Assembly: GCA_027923505.1 (NCBI GenBank) | Contig: BROI01000001.1 | Span: 2,604,001-2,668,000 of the forward strand | Direction: 5' to 3' | From: Mayamaea pseudoterrestris | Taxonomy: Eukaryota | DNA length: 64,000 nucleotides | Shown here: one piece after another, positions 1 through 13,300 of the stretch | Layout of the letters: each line of letters starts with the position of its first letter | Numbering within the stretch: the stretch's first letter is position 1 | Program-made: the position numbers and the translations under genes | Notes under the pieces: generated by a model | Told to the model about the DNA's origin: nothing | What the model saw: the letters and a program-made list of their open reading frames with translations, nothing else | The model's database searches: none

Positions 1-3000
1 GGCGACCTCAGGAATATCGGAAGATAGTACGAGCGCTTTTGAAGCTGTTTCAAGAGCGGATGTGAGCGGAACAGGGTCAGCGACTTTGCTCGTTCTCGCG
101 AAACGATGACCATATGATGCGGCAAGTAGGACGCTTCCGACTGGTCCTAGAAGGTATTCCGTCGACCGTAAATCTTCAGCTGGGGGTAAGGCTACTCTTT
201 TGTCAGCCAGAGCGCGATGAATGACGGTCGTTGCCATTGTTTTGGAAGCATTAGCCGTTTCGCTGAGGAGAATTGTATTCCAATCCTTACCCAGATCTGA
301 TCCGGGACGACAACATTGTGCGATTGTATCAAAGCTTTTCTCGACGAAAGAGTATCGGTCATCTTGGCTCGTTTGGTCACGTCTTCTATGCAATAGACGA
401 AACAGGAATAAGTTTGTGAAGATTGTTAGATACAGACGCGACGCCGCAGGTTGACTTACTCTGTTGGAGTTGGCATGTACAGTGTGCCGTACATTAATCG
501 CAATTTCGGCATGGCAGCATTTAAAACTTGATCTGTCTGAAGTAGATTCAGTTTGAGCCACTCGCGGGCGTACTGGAACTGCACCGAAACATTATCGTTA
601 TTAGCAACAACAGCATTTGCTTCTTCCAGGGCAGCCAGCAGCGCCTCCTTCCGACGAGTCGCTGCATCAATGACAGCAAGCAGTCCAACGAAAGCTTCGG
701 TTTCAGCTACACGACGGACAGCTTCCACTTTAGTATCTAGGCCTGTATTGTCCATGTTAGGCTTCTTTCCTGATGTAGGGCTTGGATATGGATCGAAGAC
801 CAACGACTCTTGCATCTCTATTCGTCGCTCGATCGGCGGCAAGCGAAGTGCATCATTGATCGTGCCTTTGACGCTACCACAAAAGGACATAGTGGGTGTA
901 CCAAGCCGGCGACTGCGCGAAAGAAGGTTGGCCGGGCCTCCATGACTGGCGACGTCATAATCTGCACAAATTTCGCTTCCAAACTCCTTCCTATCGTACA
1001 AAACAAGATAGGAGAATGCTCTTGTCTCATGTGTCAATACCGTACCTCGAAGAATGATATCATGCTTGGCGCTGTATACGCTGACAGTTGTGCCGAATGG
1101 AATAGGTGCTGGGATATCGAAATCAACGCTCGCCAAGGCCAACTTCATGGCGTTGTGTTGTACAAGTCTCACTCTTGCCCTGTATTTTCGTAGCCCTTCC
1201 AGCTGGGACTCAACAAAGCGACGACTGAAACGTCGAATATTCTTTTTGACTCGTCGGCGTATCACTCTCCACTCGGATGTCGTCAGCTTCACGTCCGGGC
1301 TCAACCCTAGGCGAGCAACCTCTTCCCGTATCTCATTCCGACTGAACCTGTTCGGAATAATCACAACAATTAGATATCAAAGCGCTGGCTACCAAAGCAA
1401 AGATTTGAAGCACCTACCATTCTCGATCAATATCGCTGTAAAAGAATTCACGGGACGCAAAAGCTCGAGTGGGTCCTTTTCTTAATGAGCGCACCAGCCT
1501 CATACAAAGCGCGGCATATGTTTTGTCAGAGTGACGCTGCCGCGGCGGATTTAGAGCTGATGAGTACGTTCTATTGATGGTCTCCCAACGAGGAAGACGA
1601 AATTCAATACCAGCAGCTTTTATCGCAGGAGGAATCTTGGCCAAGACCATGCTGTGGTATAGCTCTTTTGTTTCTGACCCGTCAAAAGCACTTGCGCTAA
1701 TGGAGAGATTGCGAGTGCGTCTTCTCAAATGCCGTTTCAAGCATAAATCCTTAGCGGTAACTCGTTTCATTGGCACTTTTGAGGCTTGTTTACCAGCATC
1801 CCGCAAGCTTATACCTCCCATCGACCCATTTGCCTGTGAGAAGGAATGGCTAGTGAGTATGGCATACGCGTACAAGTACAAACATATACCGAGTACGTTG
1901 CACGACTTACCATATCCATCGTTCCATCATGTACTGAACCATTAACAACAAGCCGCCCAATTCGAATTACTTTGGATTTCAAAAAAGAGAGCCCATTGGG
2001 TAGGGTTTCTCGAAATGGAATTTTAGCAATCAGTATTTTGTTCGCAGCGGGAGTATGCATAGCATTGCTCGTCACCGGCCTTGGCTTTTTGGCAACCTCC
2101 TCATCGGGATTAGAGGATTCCGATAATTCACGCTTGCGCTTAATGTTAACGTTGACCTTTTCAAACTTTCCAATCTCGTCTTCAACGTCATCTAACGCTT
2201 CCACCAAAAGGTGAATCCCCTTGTCGCGACGCTGGTTCTTTTGTTGCTGGGTCGTCCGGCGAGTTTTGATGGCCCGATCACCCTTACCGATTCCATTCAA
2301 ACCCTCTCGCAAATATGATTCAGGCTTGCTGCGATGCAATCCAGCAGCCCGGCGTATCCAACCGAGCGTACGAGGATCGAGCTCATAGTCCGTTTCTTTC
2401 TTGAGATTCGCAACAATATCCTTCATGTAGGACTGGCCAATGGCAATCTCTTCCTCCTCGGTCAAGAGATCATTAAACAATGACGTGTCACTCTCGTCCG
2501 ACTGGCCGAGAAGGTTAAAATGTTGTTCAGTCTGGCGATCGGCCGCACGATTCATTCGAACCATGAACGCGGTAATCTCCTCGTCATTCAAATAGCTCTT
2601 TGGCCCGTTGTCCTTCAAGTAGGCCAGGACGATACGCATCGTCTCCTCGTCCAAATCATTAGGAGCTTTGCGCAACTTTTTAGACATATTATTGTTTCGC
2701 ATGTCCTTGTGGTGAATAGTAATCTCTTTGACTGGACTCCCAAAAAGATTACGATGGTCCGCCTTATCGCCATCCTCGAATATGGATCGTTTCGTCATTG
2801 TACTAGTCAGTTCTTTCGTAGTATTTCGTTTTATGATAGGAGGAGATCTATATGATTGAACATTTGACTCTTTTGTTTCATTTTCTTTGCCAGTTTTAGT
2901 TATTACCGGCTGAGCGAGTGAATTAAACTCATTCGTATCGGTACTAGTAGCTAGCTCATTCTCAGTGGAAACCCTAGCTGCTGTTAACGTACCGTCCAAA

Positions 3001-3170
3001 TTCTTTATTGACTCATCATTTTTCGTCACCAAAGTTACATTTCCATTGTGCAATTCATCTTTTGCAAAGGCATTGGATGCTGCGGGCGCTTGTTTGTGAG
3101 TCGATTCGTGGCCATTTCCTACCTTGTCACTTGACGGATGTCGCTCAATTGAATGTTCAACTACGCCCAT
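1..3170 (-). CDS. LIN9: LIN-9/ALWAYS EARLY-like DIRP-domain protein (DREAM/MuvB); 3' end runs off the window. Exons approx. 3170-1911, 1833-1418, 1347-459, 385-<1
   Basis: 'REFFYSDIDREW|FSRN' and 'KLTTSEWRVIRRRVKKNIRRFSRRFVESQLEGLRKYR' match the DIRP domain, followed by a Tudor-like segment. GT-AG introns join the ORF pieces in phase, and the last exon is open to base 1. Confidence 0.75.
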
Positions 3171-3522
3171 TCTACTAAACAATCAGAGAATGAGCAGTAA
3201 ACGGAAAAGAGGTGAAGATATTGATCAATCGATTCGGTTTCTTGCTGCTTGGTCCTTCAATCTGTGTTTGCCACCAACCTGCCTCGAAACCGCGCTGAGC
3301 CGGGCCGGCGCGCGTCTTCTAGCTTCGGCGGTGACGTCAAGTATGGCTGCAAGAGTAAGTACTCTGAATCCTACAGTAACACTGAAATGTCCATCGTACC
3401 GGCACTGATAAGTTTTTTCGTTTCGATCGCTGCGACCATGACCAAGAGTTTGACGACGCAACGTTCATTGCAACAGACAGAAATACTTTGAAAATCTCTC
3501 ATAGTTATCAAGCACTGCAATC

Positions 3523-5269
3523 ATGGGTGTTTTAGAAAAGATCAAGGAGATTGAGGATGAAATGGTGCGTCATTCTCCCTTTGCGTTGACTTTGTCCTGG
3601 TTGAGCAACGACGGTCGTCGGACGTCTAGCTCTGCCTTGAAGCATTGTCGTTTTTCACAGGATTATATTAGCTTTGACTTCTAAACTGGTCAACTCGAAT
3701 TTACATCTTTTCCACAGGCCCGGACTCAAAAGAACAAGGCCACCAACTACCATCTCGGAACGTTAAAGGCCAAGCTCGCCAAGCTTCGAAGTGAGCTCTT
3801 TCTGGAGGAATCGGGAGGAGGCGGCTCCGGCGCGGGAGAAGGGTTTGCAGTTGCTCGGAATGGAGACGCTCGAGTGGCATTGATTGGATTTCCGGTACGT
3901 TGTTCCTGCTTGAATAGCTGTGTTGATAGCACAGACCGAGCTGATCTCTCATCACTGTCTCGTTCTTGTTGCAGTCGGTCGGCAAGAGTAGCTTATTGGG
4001 GAATTTAACTGCCACTGAATCAGAGGCGGCCAACTATGAGTTCACAACACTTACATGGTACGTATTGTTCCTGGTCGGTTAGTGCACTCGCTACTTGTTA
4101 CATGTAAACTGACCACTTATCCTTGTGCTTTCACATCACCAGTATACCAGGCGTTTTGAACTACAAGGGAAGCAAGATACAGGTTCTCGATCTACCCGGA
4201 ATTATTGAAGGAGCAGCCCACGGCGCTGGCAGAGGAAAGGAGGTAATTGCGGTGGCACGATCCGCGGATGCTATACTGATTGTATTGGACGCAGGAAAGG
4301 AAGGCTTGTCAAAGCATCGCGAAATTCTGGAGCGAGAGTTGGAGACGGTTGGCATTCGACTGAATCAACGCAAGCCAGATGTAACGCTGACCAAGCGAAA
4401 GACGGGTGGCGGTGTAAAATTTGCATCGACAGTTCCACAAACGCTTCTCGGACCCGATCCAGAAAAGGTTGTTTACCAGATATTGAAAGAGTACAAGATA
4501 TCTTCAGCGGACGTTTTAGCTCGGGAAGGTATGTGTCCATTGCGCACTGACACAATTGGCGGAGAATATGATGCAGCCTAAACTCACACAATATTTCATT
4601 TGATGCAGAAATTACGGTGGACCAGCTTGTTGATGTTGTCCAAGGAAACCGGGAATACAAGCCATGTTTATATCTTTACAATAAGGCAAGTTTAGAGTGA
4701 GCGACAGGGTCTCGCTCGCGTGTGTGTTCACAACATCACTCGCTTACGATATGCCACGCTTTCATCTACAGATTGACATGGTTACGATTGAAGAGGTTGA
4801 TCAGCTGGCTCGCATGCCGCACTCCATTGTCGGTAGTGTACAGGAACGCTTGAACATTGCTGGTCCGCTCGAGGATGATTTGGTCAAGCAGAAAATGTGG
4901 GAGTACCTTGGCTTGACTCGAATCTACACCAAGCGAAAGGGTGCATCGCCCGATCTCGACGAGCCTGTCATCCTTTCGGATTTGAGACGAGGGACTCATG
5001 TCAAGAGTCTATGCGCTAACATATCTTCGCAAATGCTGCGAGATTTTAACTATGCTCTTGTCTGGGGTACCTCGGCAAAGCACTCGCCGCAGCGATGTGG
5101 CTTGAATCACGATTTAGATGATGAAGACGTGGTCCAAGTTGTTACCAAGACGATTAAACAACAGCAATTGACCAAGGGCTACGGTGACCTTGCCCAGCTT
5201 GCCGCTGATAAGCATGCCAAGAAGCGTTTGGACGCCAAGAAGCAAAAACAAAAGAGGCTGCGAGGGTGA
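3523..5269 (+). CDS. DRG2: Developmentally regulated GTP-binding protein (DRG/RBG, OBG family). Exons 3523-3564, 3718-3894, 3975-4057, 4143-4528, 4609-4685, 4772-5269
   Basis: [29 protein letters not shown]1 [29 protein letters not shown] and a C-terminal TGS domain. The DRG1 vs DRG2 assignment is tentative. Confidence 0.92.
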
Positions 5270-5592
5270 GCTGACACAATTTTCAGCAATCCATGCCAGC
5301 GTCTTCAAAATATATCGTCTAGTATATTGTAATGAGTCTATATCTGTCGCTTCAGCTGTATACTTATATTAGTCAACAGCGATATCATTGTCCGATGCCA
5401 ACTCCTAACCATTACAAGTACACTACAGTACTATAGAGTAGGCAGTTGCATGGTAGCTACTCATCGCACAGTCACTCGAAGGAACTTCCATCTTGGCGCG
5501 CCGCGGCCATGAAGACTTGTGCCGTTTCTGTCACACTTTTCACTCGTCCTTGCTGCTTGCGCATGAGGCACCAAGTACAAATAAAAGCGTGC

Positions 5593-7050
5593 ATGATCTT
5601 ATTGGCCTCTGCTTGTCTTCGATCCATTTGCTCCTTTCCACAAGCACGACTTGTCATCAATCCGTTCATGGGATCATCCTCTCCACTTCGAGCATCTTCC
5701 CCGGCTGCTGCTGCGACGAAACTAGAGACTCCCCAGAAGCGAAAGCGATCAAATGATGCAACTCCCGCTATTGTCACTCCTGGACCAGCTATTGTTGGCA
5801 TAACGTCACGAGCCATTGGGCATATCAACCCAACGAGCCAATTCCAATGCCTTGGCGTTCCTCCCAACGAATTGCGGCCGAGTCGGACGCTAACAACGGG
5901 ACAGTGCTTTCACTGGACTGCTGTTTCGTCCGATGAGGTAGCGGACAATGCTACTACAGCCAAAGCTTCTGCGTGGGGAACTCATGATGCGACGGAATGG
6001 ATTGGAACACTTCGCCATCAGGGTGAATCTTTGGTGCTGGTGATTCGAGAAACGCCAACGGCGACACTCTATCGACCATTGACGCAAACTGATCTGAACG
6101 TTACAGCGCTGCTGCATGACTACTTTCAGCTGAATGAAAGTATTTCGTCGCTGTATCAAGAATGGTCGGAGCAATGTCCTCGTCTCAAAATGATAGCCGA
6201 GTGCCTTCCAGGTGTACGCATTGTCAACCAGGATCCCTTTGAATGTCTCATTAGCTTTATTTGCAGCAGCAATAACAACATTCCACGCATAACTAAAATG
6301 CTTTCAGCAATTCGAAAAGAGTTTGGAAGTCCTCTGTTGACCATTGGCGATCAAGTCTACTACTCGTTTCCTTCGCTGGCGGCGCTGCAGCGGAATGCGA
6401 CGGAGCAGCGCCTTCGAGAGCTTGGACTTGGCTACAGAGCCAAGTATATCATGGAGACTGTTCGCATTCTTACTGAATTGGGAGGGGAGCCATATCTGCA
6501 CGATTTACGCTTGATTCGCGACCCCTTGATTGTTCAAGAAAAGTTGACGCAGTTTAGTGGCGTTGGCCGCAAGGTTGCCGACTGCGTGGCGCTCTTTTCC
6601 TTGCAGCAAGACACTGCCATACCAGTCGACGTTCATGTATGGAACATTGCGCGACGTGACTATGATACGGATGAACTGCTACAAAGCGTCAAGAGCATTA
6701 CACCAAGTGTTTACAAGAGCGTTGGTGATTTGTTCCGAAACCGATTTACGAACAAGTGCGGATGGGCTCATTCACTCTTGTTTGTGGTAAGTCTACTCAA
6801 AACATTGCGACCATGCAATTGTAGCGGAACGTTAACACGTCTTATTCCATCTATTGTTTTGTGCAGGCTGAACTGCCAAGCTTTCGAGCCGTTCTGCCAC
6901 AGGATGTTGTCAAAGAAATGGATATTGTAAGCACTAGTTTGTGTATGCCAATTTCTGTCATCGTAACGTGTTGTGAGTCTCACAATTTGTCATGTCGTAC
7001 ATTGGAAACAGTTTCGTGCAGAAGAAAAGGCACGAAAGAAGGGCGCCTAA
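5593..7050 (+). CDS. OGG1: 8-oxoguanine DNA glycosylase. Exons ~5593-6786, 6867-6926, 7012-7050; start codon uncertain
   Basis: TLTTGQCFHW, QDPFECLISFICSSNNNIPRI, LRELGLGYRAKY, HhH-GPD GVGRKVADCVALF...PVDVHV, and GWAHSLLFV|AEL. Confidence 0.93.
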
Positions 7051-7110
7051 CCCATCAGCGATGCGCTATCCTTTGCCACTAAAAATATAGTTCGTTCTTA
7101 CTATACACAT

Positions 7111-8193
7111 TTACCTCCTTTGTTCATTCATTATAGAAGAGATGGTACTACAATCAGCTGGAGTGCTGGCTCCCTTGATTTTTACGCACGCCGTGCCAGC
7201 GGCACATCCACGGAATAGTCCTTCTTCAACGGCAGCACGAGGCCACGACGCATCATGCAACATTCGATTCTCCACTTTCCAGGCCCAAATGCCTTCCAAA
7301 AAGCCGGCAGTGAAGGCATCGCCAGCACCAGTTGGATCAATCACCTGAACATGCACCGAATGTTTCAGTTCCGCCAGTACCTCGCCGTCGCGGAATGTGA
7401 TTGCTCCATTCGCGCCGCGCGTCACGACAAACATGGTGTCGCGGCTCAGCGATTGAAAATGCTTGACGATAGCATCCATGTCATCACCGATCGCGTCATC
7501 GCGACTCTGCTCTCTCAACCCACGTTCCATGATTCGTTGCGCCTCGAGCAAATTAAGTATCAAAAAGTCGAGACACGATAGCAATTGATCAATGCCGCCA
7601 CTCCATGCGCCACTGGCATCATGCTGTGGCACCAAACTCATGCAAGTAATCTTTCGGTCACTATGCCGCTCTGAACGAACGTGTTTCAGCATTTGCTTTA
7701 GCTTGCCGTTCCAAAAGTGCGGCATGTTGTAGTAGCCAGCCACGTGAAGATGGACTGGTTTCGGGGAGTCAATCATTTGCTGCACTTCAACATGTTCCGG
7801 CGAAAAGTCGGCGACACATCCGCGATGCGTTAAAAAGGATCGTTCCTGCTTGGAAACAATGGCAAGGCAATGCCCTGTTGCGGCGATGCTATCTGATGGT
7901 TGACAGTTATTCAAGTAGAATCCATGCTGGTCGGCATGACGCAAAAGCAGCTGTCCGTAGTCGTCATTTGGATTCAATGCTGTATGCAGTAAAACTGTGG
8001 ATGTTGTTGGAGAATCACAGCTCCGCCCGACGAGCAGAGCTTGCAGATGCGTCGCAGTGTTCACGCCCGAGCCGCCAGCCAAGGCGTTGACAGGATCCGT
8101 CAGCTCCGCGTCGCCTCCTGGTTCAGGAAGAGAATCCTTAAGAATGCAAACGAGATCGACAAAGGCGTCGCCGACAATGTGAAAGGATGTCAT
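7111..8193 (-). CDS. pfkB-family carbohydrate kinase
   Basis: N-terminal GGSGVNTA motif and C-terminal DPTGAGDAFTAG signature. Confidence 0.9.
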   Translation of the reverse strand: MTSFHIVGDAFVDLVCILKDSLPEPGGDAELTDPVNALAGGSGVNTATHLQALLVGRSCDSPTTSTVLLHTALNPNDDYGQLLLRHADQHGFYLNNCQPSDSIAATGHCLAIVSKQERSFLTHRGCVADFSPEHVEVQQMIDSPKPVHLHVAGYYNMPHFWNGKLKQMLKHVRSERHSDRKITCMSLVPQHDASGAWSGGIDQLLSCLDFLILNLLEAQRIMERGLREQSRDDAIGDDMDAIVKHFQSLSRDTMFVVTRGANGAITFRDGEVLAELKHSVHVQVIDPTGAGDAFTAGFLEGIWAWKVENRMLHDASWPRAAVEEGLFRGCAAGTACVKIKGASTPADCSTISSIMNEQRR

Positions 8194-8813
8194 GCAGCAT
8201 GCAGATGATTGTGCTCACTGTCAATGATGATTGGCTATTGGCAATGAGCAGCGACGACGGATACTTCTCGTGATCAGTTATGGTTCTAGTGAATATCGAT
8301 CGACGGTCAAGTAAATTATAAAGGCGCGGTTGTGTCGCCAAGAATAGGTATAGACATCAAACCGCAGTACCTTACTTGTGCAGCGCTACCGTAGATTGAT
8401 GATGATGTTGCTGCTGCTTTCTCGTTTTGTCACCGAAGCATGTCGTCGCACACCGGTTTTCGGTGTACCGGACCGGTACGAGTACCGGTATGATGCTAAT
8501 CGCCAAAAGATGCTGCCTCCAACAAGCAATTACCGGTATATTCTGTACCGTCACGCTACTACTACTGGTGCAAGGTAACAATGTACTGAGTATGCTAGAC
8601 CAATACGACGAAGAAGAAACTTATACTTGTCGTAGTTTACAGTTAGTTTAAATACCGGTAGAATACTTTGCGCAAGATGCAGTTCCCCATCCTCAACGAT
8701 CAATAGGAGTATAGTGCGGAGAAAGTGCTTTCGATCGGCTGGCGGATCGGCGGATAACATATCATTAAGGCCAAAAAGAAGCGACATGGAAAGTCATTGG
8801 AGAAATGGTATTC

Positions 8814-10118
8814 CTACGTTGAGCCATCGTCATCGCTTTTCTTTCGCAGCCCCCTCTTTTCCGAACCGTCATCAGTAACGGCCTGGTCGTCACCCTCGCC
8901 TTCGTCATTGTCATTCTCCTTGTCTTCAGAACTATTGTCAGCTGCCTCTTTGTCGTCTTCACTTGCGTCCTCAACCATCTCGTTTACCTCGGCCTCGTCA
9001 TCCTCGTCCTCGGTTATCTCAGCCTTGTCATCCTCGTCCTCAACTACTTCCTTCAAAGCACCTTCCTTCTTATCTGTCTCAATCGTCCTTTTGGAATATC
9101 CAAACATGAAATCGTTTTCGAAGCGCTGGTGCATCAACTCCATCGTCTTGGCGCTCAAATGCTTGGTTGTCAGCTGCGCCTCGTCTCTCGACGCGGCTCC
9201 AAGCGCATTCATCTTTTTCAGTGTAAGCTTGTCAAGTCCAAAGGCAGACATGAGTTCCGTAAACGTGTCGGCCACGTTTTCTAACGTCAACACAAAATCA
9301 ACGTAGCGGACTTGGTTGGGGCCGACAATGAATTCGTACTGCGGCGTAAAGTGGCCATTGTCACTGAGATACTGCAGTGCGGGATGAACAGTCTTCTTCT
9401 GCTGCAGCTGTTGCTCGAACAGTTCATCGTCGCCGCCGTGAGCAGCTTTTGGCTCAAGTTTCCGCTGCAACCACTTGTTCATGTACTTTTCCTCGTGTAA
9501 CTTTTGTCGCTTGCACTGATCGGGTCGCCAGTCGAATACTTTGAGCGTGCAAATGTAGTAAAATTCGCTCACCATGCGATCATATGGCTCTCGCACCACG
9601 GCAAAAGTTTCCGCATTTTGGTAGGGATCAATGTTGCAGGCTGGAAAGAGGAATCGTGGCAAGTGCCAATAGCCAACGTGCGTTGGCCAGTCCATGGTGT
9701 TTTCAGGGTAGCGACAAACGTCGCGCTTGGGAGTATGTCGAAACAAGCAGCTTCCCCAAGGAATATGGTGTGCACCTGCAGCGTTCTCGGTAGCTGTGCC
9801 GGCAGTCTTTGGTATATGAAAGAATTTTAGCGATCGATCGAGTGATTTGAATGATTGCACGTAGGCTAGTGCTTGGTACGTCTCTTCCTGTATTCGTCGC
9901 GAGTCTGATATTGGCAATCCATTGCCTTGAGCACTATCTTTCATCTTTCGTTCAATTTCTAGTATTGCGGCATCCGCCGTTCTCACGTAGAGTCGTTCAA
10001 TGTGAAATGCATAGAGCAAGTAAAGCAAGGCGAAAAGAATGGCGCCACAACCGATTATGACACGGTAGAATTGTCGAGTTTCAGCTTTCTTCAAACTCGG
10101 AGCTTTTATTGCAACCAT
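8814..10118 (-). CDS. Type II membrane (Golgi) sulfotransferase, Sulfotransfer_2 family, with acidic C-terminal tail
   Basis: N-terminal TM helix, 5'-PSB loop FFHIPKTAGT and 3'-PB motif VVREPYDRMVSEFYY. Confidence 0.85.
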   Translation of the reverse strand: MVAIKAPSLKKAETRQFYRVIIGCGAILFALLYLLYAFHIERLYVRTADAAILEIERKMKDSAQGNGLPISDSRRIQEETYQALAYVQSFKSLDRSLKFFHIPKTAGTATENAAGAHHIPWGSCLFRHTPKRDVCRYPENTMDWPTHVGYWHLPRFLFPACNIDPYQNAETFAVVREPYDRMVSEFYYICTLKVFDWRPDQCKRQKLHEEKYMNKWLQRKLEPKAAHGGDDELFEQQLQQKKTVHPALQYLSDNGHFTPQYEFIVGPNQVRYVDFVLTLENVADTFTELMSAFGLDKLTLKKMNALGAASRDEAQLTTKHLSAKTMELMHQRFENDFMFGYSKRTIETDKKEGALKEVVEDEDDKAEITEDEDDEAEVNEMVEDASEDDKEAADNSSEDKENDNDEGEGDDQAVTDDGSEKRGLRKKSDDDGST

Positions 10119-10372
10119 TTGTAATTTACGTAATCACACTGGCTTTCTATTCCAAGAGAAGAGCAAATACAATAGAGGATTGCAGCAGTGCGTGCAGTAA
10201 CTGCATGCTCGTCATGGTCGTTCTTTTTTTGTGCTACAGTGTCGTACCGTTACTCGTCAACGGTCAAAGATCGTGACGTCACAAAAGTCGCATGCGACAT
10301 GCGTTCGGCTCGATCGTTGAATTTGACCATGGCCGTCAAAGGCATCATCGCACAACCTTTGAAACGAAAGGC

Positions 10373-13300
10373 ATGGACATTCAAGCCATTCTCGCTGCAT
10401 CCGACTCTTCAGATGAAGGAGATTTAGTTGGCGCTGGACGAATCAGTAGTCGCTACTCAAATATAGCCGCTACAAATATGGGCGCCGTTGACATTGAGCA
10501 ACTCCTTCGCGACGAGGATGACGAGGACGACGAGGATGGTTCTGATGATCTCATTGTACCGCGCTATAGCAGTAATCATGGGAAACGGCTTGGAGCATCA
10601 TCCTTGTCCAAGTATGCGAACTTTAGTTCGACGGGAAGTGACGTTACTTCTTGTTCGCATAGTCCGGACGACTGGGCTGTGCTGCAAGCCATTCTGCAGG
10701 AGGGCGATGACGATGAGGACTATGACGAGTCGCGTCGAGTAGGATCTGGATACAAGGATCTATACCAACGAGTAGATGAGGCGTGGATGGATGATTCAAA
10801 AAATAGTGATGACATGGCTATCGTGAGTTCTCGCCGAACGACCACCTCGGTCGACGCGATTTTGCTCGCATCGGATGATGAGTCGGACGATGATGTTGAC
10901 AATCAACTGCGTTTCGCTGACAACTCCTTAGTAAGAAAACAAATGGAATGGGAACAAGACAGGTTACTAAATGACGGCACATCTCATCAGTCAATGAAGC
11001 TGGATACGAGGAGTCCAGATCGAGTTGATGAAAACAATCGCGGCAAGCCCCCACTCATTACGCCGACTAACGGTGGTACGGCGCTAATCTCGCACCAGGA
11101 ACTAGAGACAAAAGGCTCTTCGCCAAAGGAAGCAACTAATTCAGCTCCGTCTGGCCCGAATAAAGACGAAATGTACTCGCGTACAGCAGCTCCAGTCGCT
11201 AATCCCAATTTACCTCGCGAGACAAAGGATGTACCTGTCGATTCATCCAAAACCCGACATCTATATCCAACACCAGCAACATCCCTTTCATCTATTAGTG
11301 CCGCAGAGTCTTTTGAGGAAGAATCGGAGCGAGCCTTGGCGCATGCTTATGCAACGGAGCGAAAACTGCTCAAGTCTGGCCATCGCGAAATTGTATCGCC
11401 GCTCTCGGTCAAAAGAAGACTGCGACCCAAGGTGGAACTGAGCGCACGTGGAAGTACAAAAAACAAGCGATCAAATACTTCAATGTTTGGAACAGAACGT
11501 CCATTGTTGACGAATAACCTGCGCACTGCTTCACGGTATAACTTTTCTGGTGTAACGGAAAATAAGCGACTGGCGACCATGTCGGAAAGCCTCGTATCGC
11601 ATGCAAACGAAAGTAGCAAGGTTGTATGCGGCTTGCCCACGGCAATGGCTTTGAACTCTAAATTCATTGCCGTCGGAACACAAAAGGGAATTATTTTGCT
11701 GTACGACTTGTTTGAGCAGCTGCGTCAACGACTCGGTGATGGACATGTTGACGATACATTCAACATTAACAAGGCGGGAGCGATCACAAGCCTTGATCTG
11801 AATTTCAACGGCGATCTTATTTGCGCCGGTTACTCGTCTGGTGTTCTTGTTCTCTGGGACAGCATCAGAGGCGAGCCATTGAAAAGTGTGTCAGACGCGC
11901 ATCCATCGCCCCTTACTTCCATACGTTTCATGAGTGAACTTAAGCTGGTCACTGTCGATGCTAGTGGCATTGTGAATAAGCTCACCTTTACCAGGAACAT
12001 GATATGGTTGACGTATTCTTTGGAAACAGAATGCTTACTGGATGGAACAGCGGGGCAGATTCTTGCCATGAACGTCCTACGACCATTTTCGACCGTCAAT
12101 CCCAATGTTCGAGCGGAAGCGCTTGCGCCGGTTCTAGGAAAACTTACGTTAATAGCTTTATCTTCCGAGCGCAGCTCATTTGTGGTAGCAGTGGAACCTT
12201 CTGTCAACGTCCTGCATCGTTGGGCGCGTCCACCTGAGGGAAATATTGTCGTGGTCGACAAATCGATTGGAAATGCCGGCGAGCAAAACTGTCTTCCATG
12301 TTTGGCATGGGGTTGGGCGCTAATCTCCGGGGGCCAAAATGTGGTAACACCTATATTAGCCAGAGCGTGGGGTTGCTGTCTTCAGCTTTTAGCTGCAAAC
12401 TTTCCGACGGTTGACGATGCTGAACCGCAGAGCAGCAATGATCATGATATCCACTGGCCAGCATTTGGAGTTCACGAAGAAATTGATACTGTTTCTTCCG
12501 TGGTGGCCTTGCAGTGGCTTGATTCTCGCTCTCTCGTGTACCTTACTCTTACGAAAGAGTTCACTCTCATCGACACTGTCATGATGACATTGCTTGAGCG
12601 AATCGACTTCAGTGCGGTTAAGCTGGTTTACGCTGAGTTTACGCTAAGCCGCAAAGTTGTCTCTGATGAAGATGACAATACCAGTTTGTTGAGATGCACA
12701 ACCTTTCAAAACAGTATTCGAAGCAGCGACGATCGCATTGTGGTGCTTTGCTGTGACGAAGTTAGATGCGTTTCCATTGTCGGTGCCACACGCCGTGTTG
12801 CTTCGCTCGAGGAAGACGGAGAATGGCTCGAGGCACTGGCGCTGGCGTTGGACCACTACGAAAGCGCAATCATGAGTCAGGAAGATCGAAAACGTGGTCC
12901 TCTAGGAAGAAAGGATTTATCCCATCAATTTTACGGAGCGAGGAACGACGAAGAAGAATGGCTCGCCAAGTTGCTTGTTCGGTATGTTAACCTTGCCGTC
13001 GACAATGCTCCTGTTTCTTCCCCGGAACCTACTCGTAAGAGTCTGCATGCATCTCGCGGATATAACTCGAACAATTACCTTGCGCAGAGTCATTTTCAGA
13101 TGCTTGCAGGAGTCGTCTTGGAATACTGCGTCACGACGAGGCGGCTTGATTTGCTCTTCGGACCAATTTTTCATCGATTCGAGGCTGCTGGCCACATTTC
13201 AATCTTTCTTGATGTGCTAGAACCATATGTTCTTAACGACAAGCTCACGTATGTTGCCCCGGAAGCCATGTCACATTTTGTACAGCATTGCCGAGCGTCG

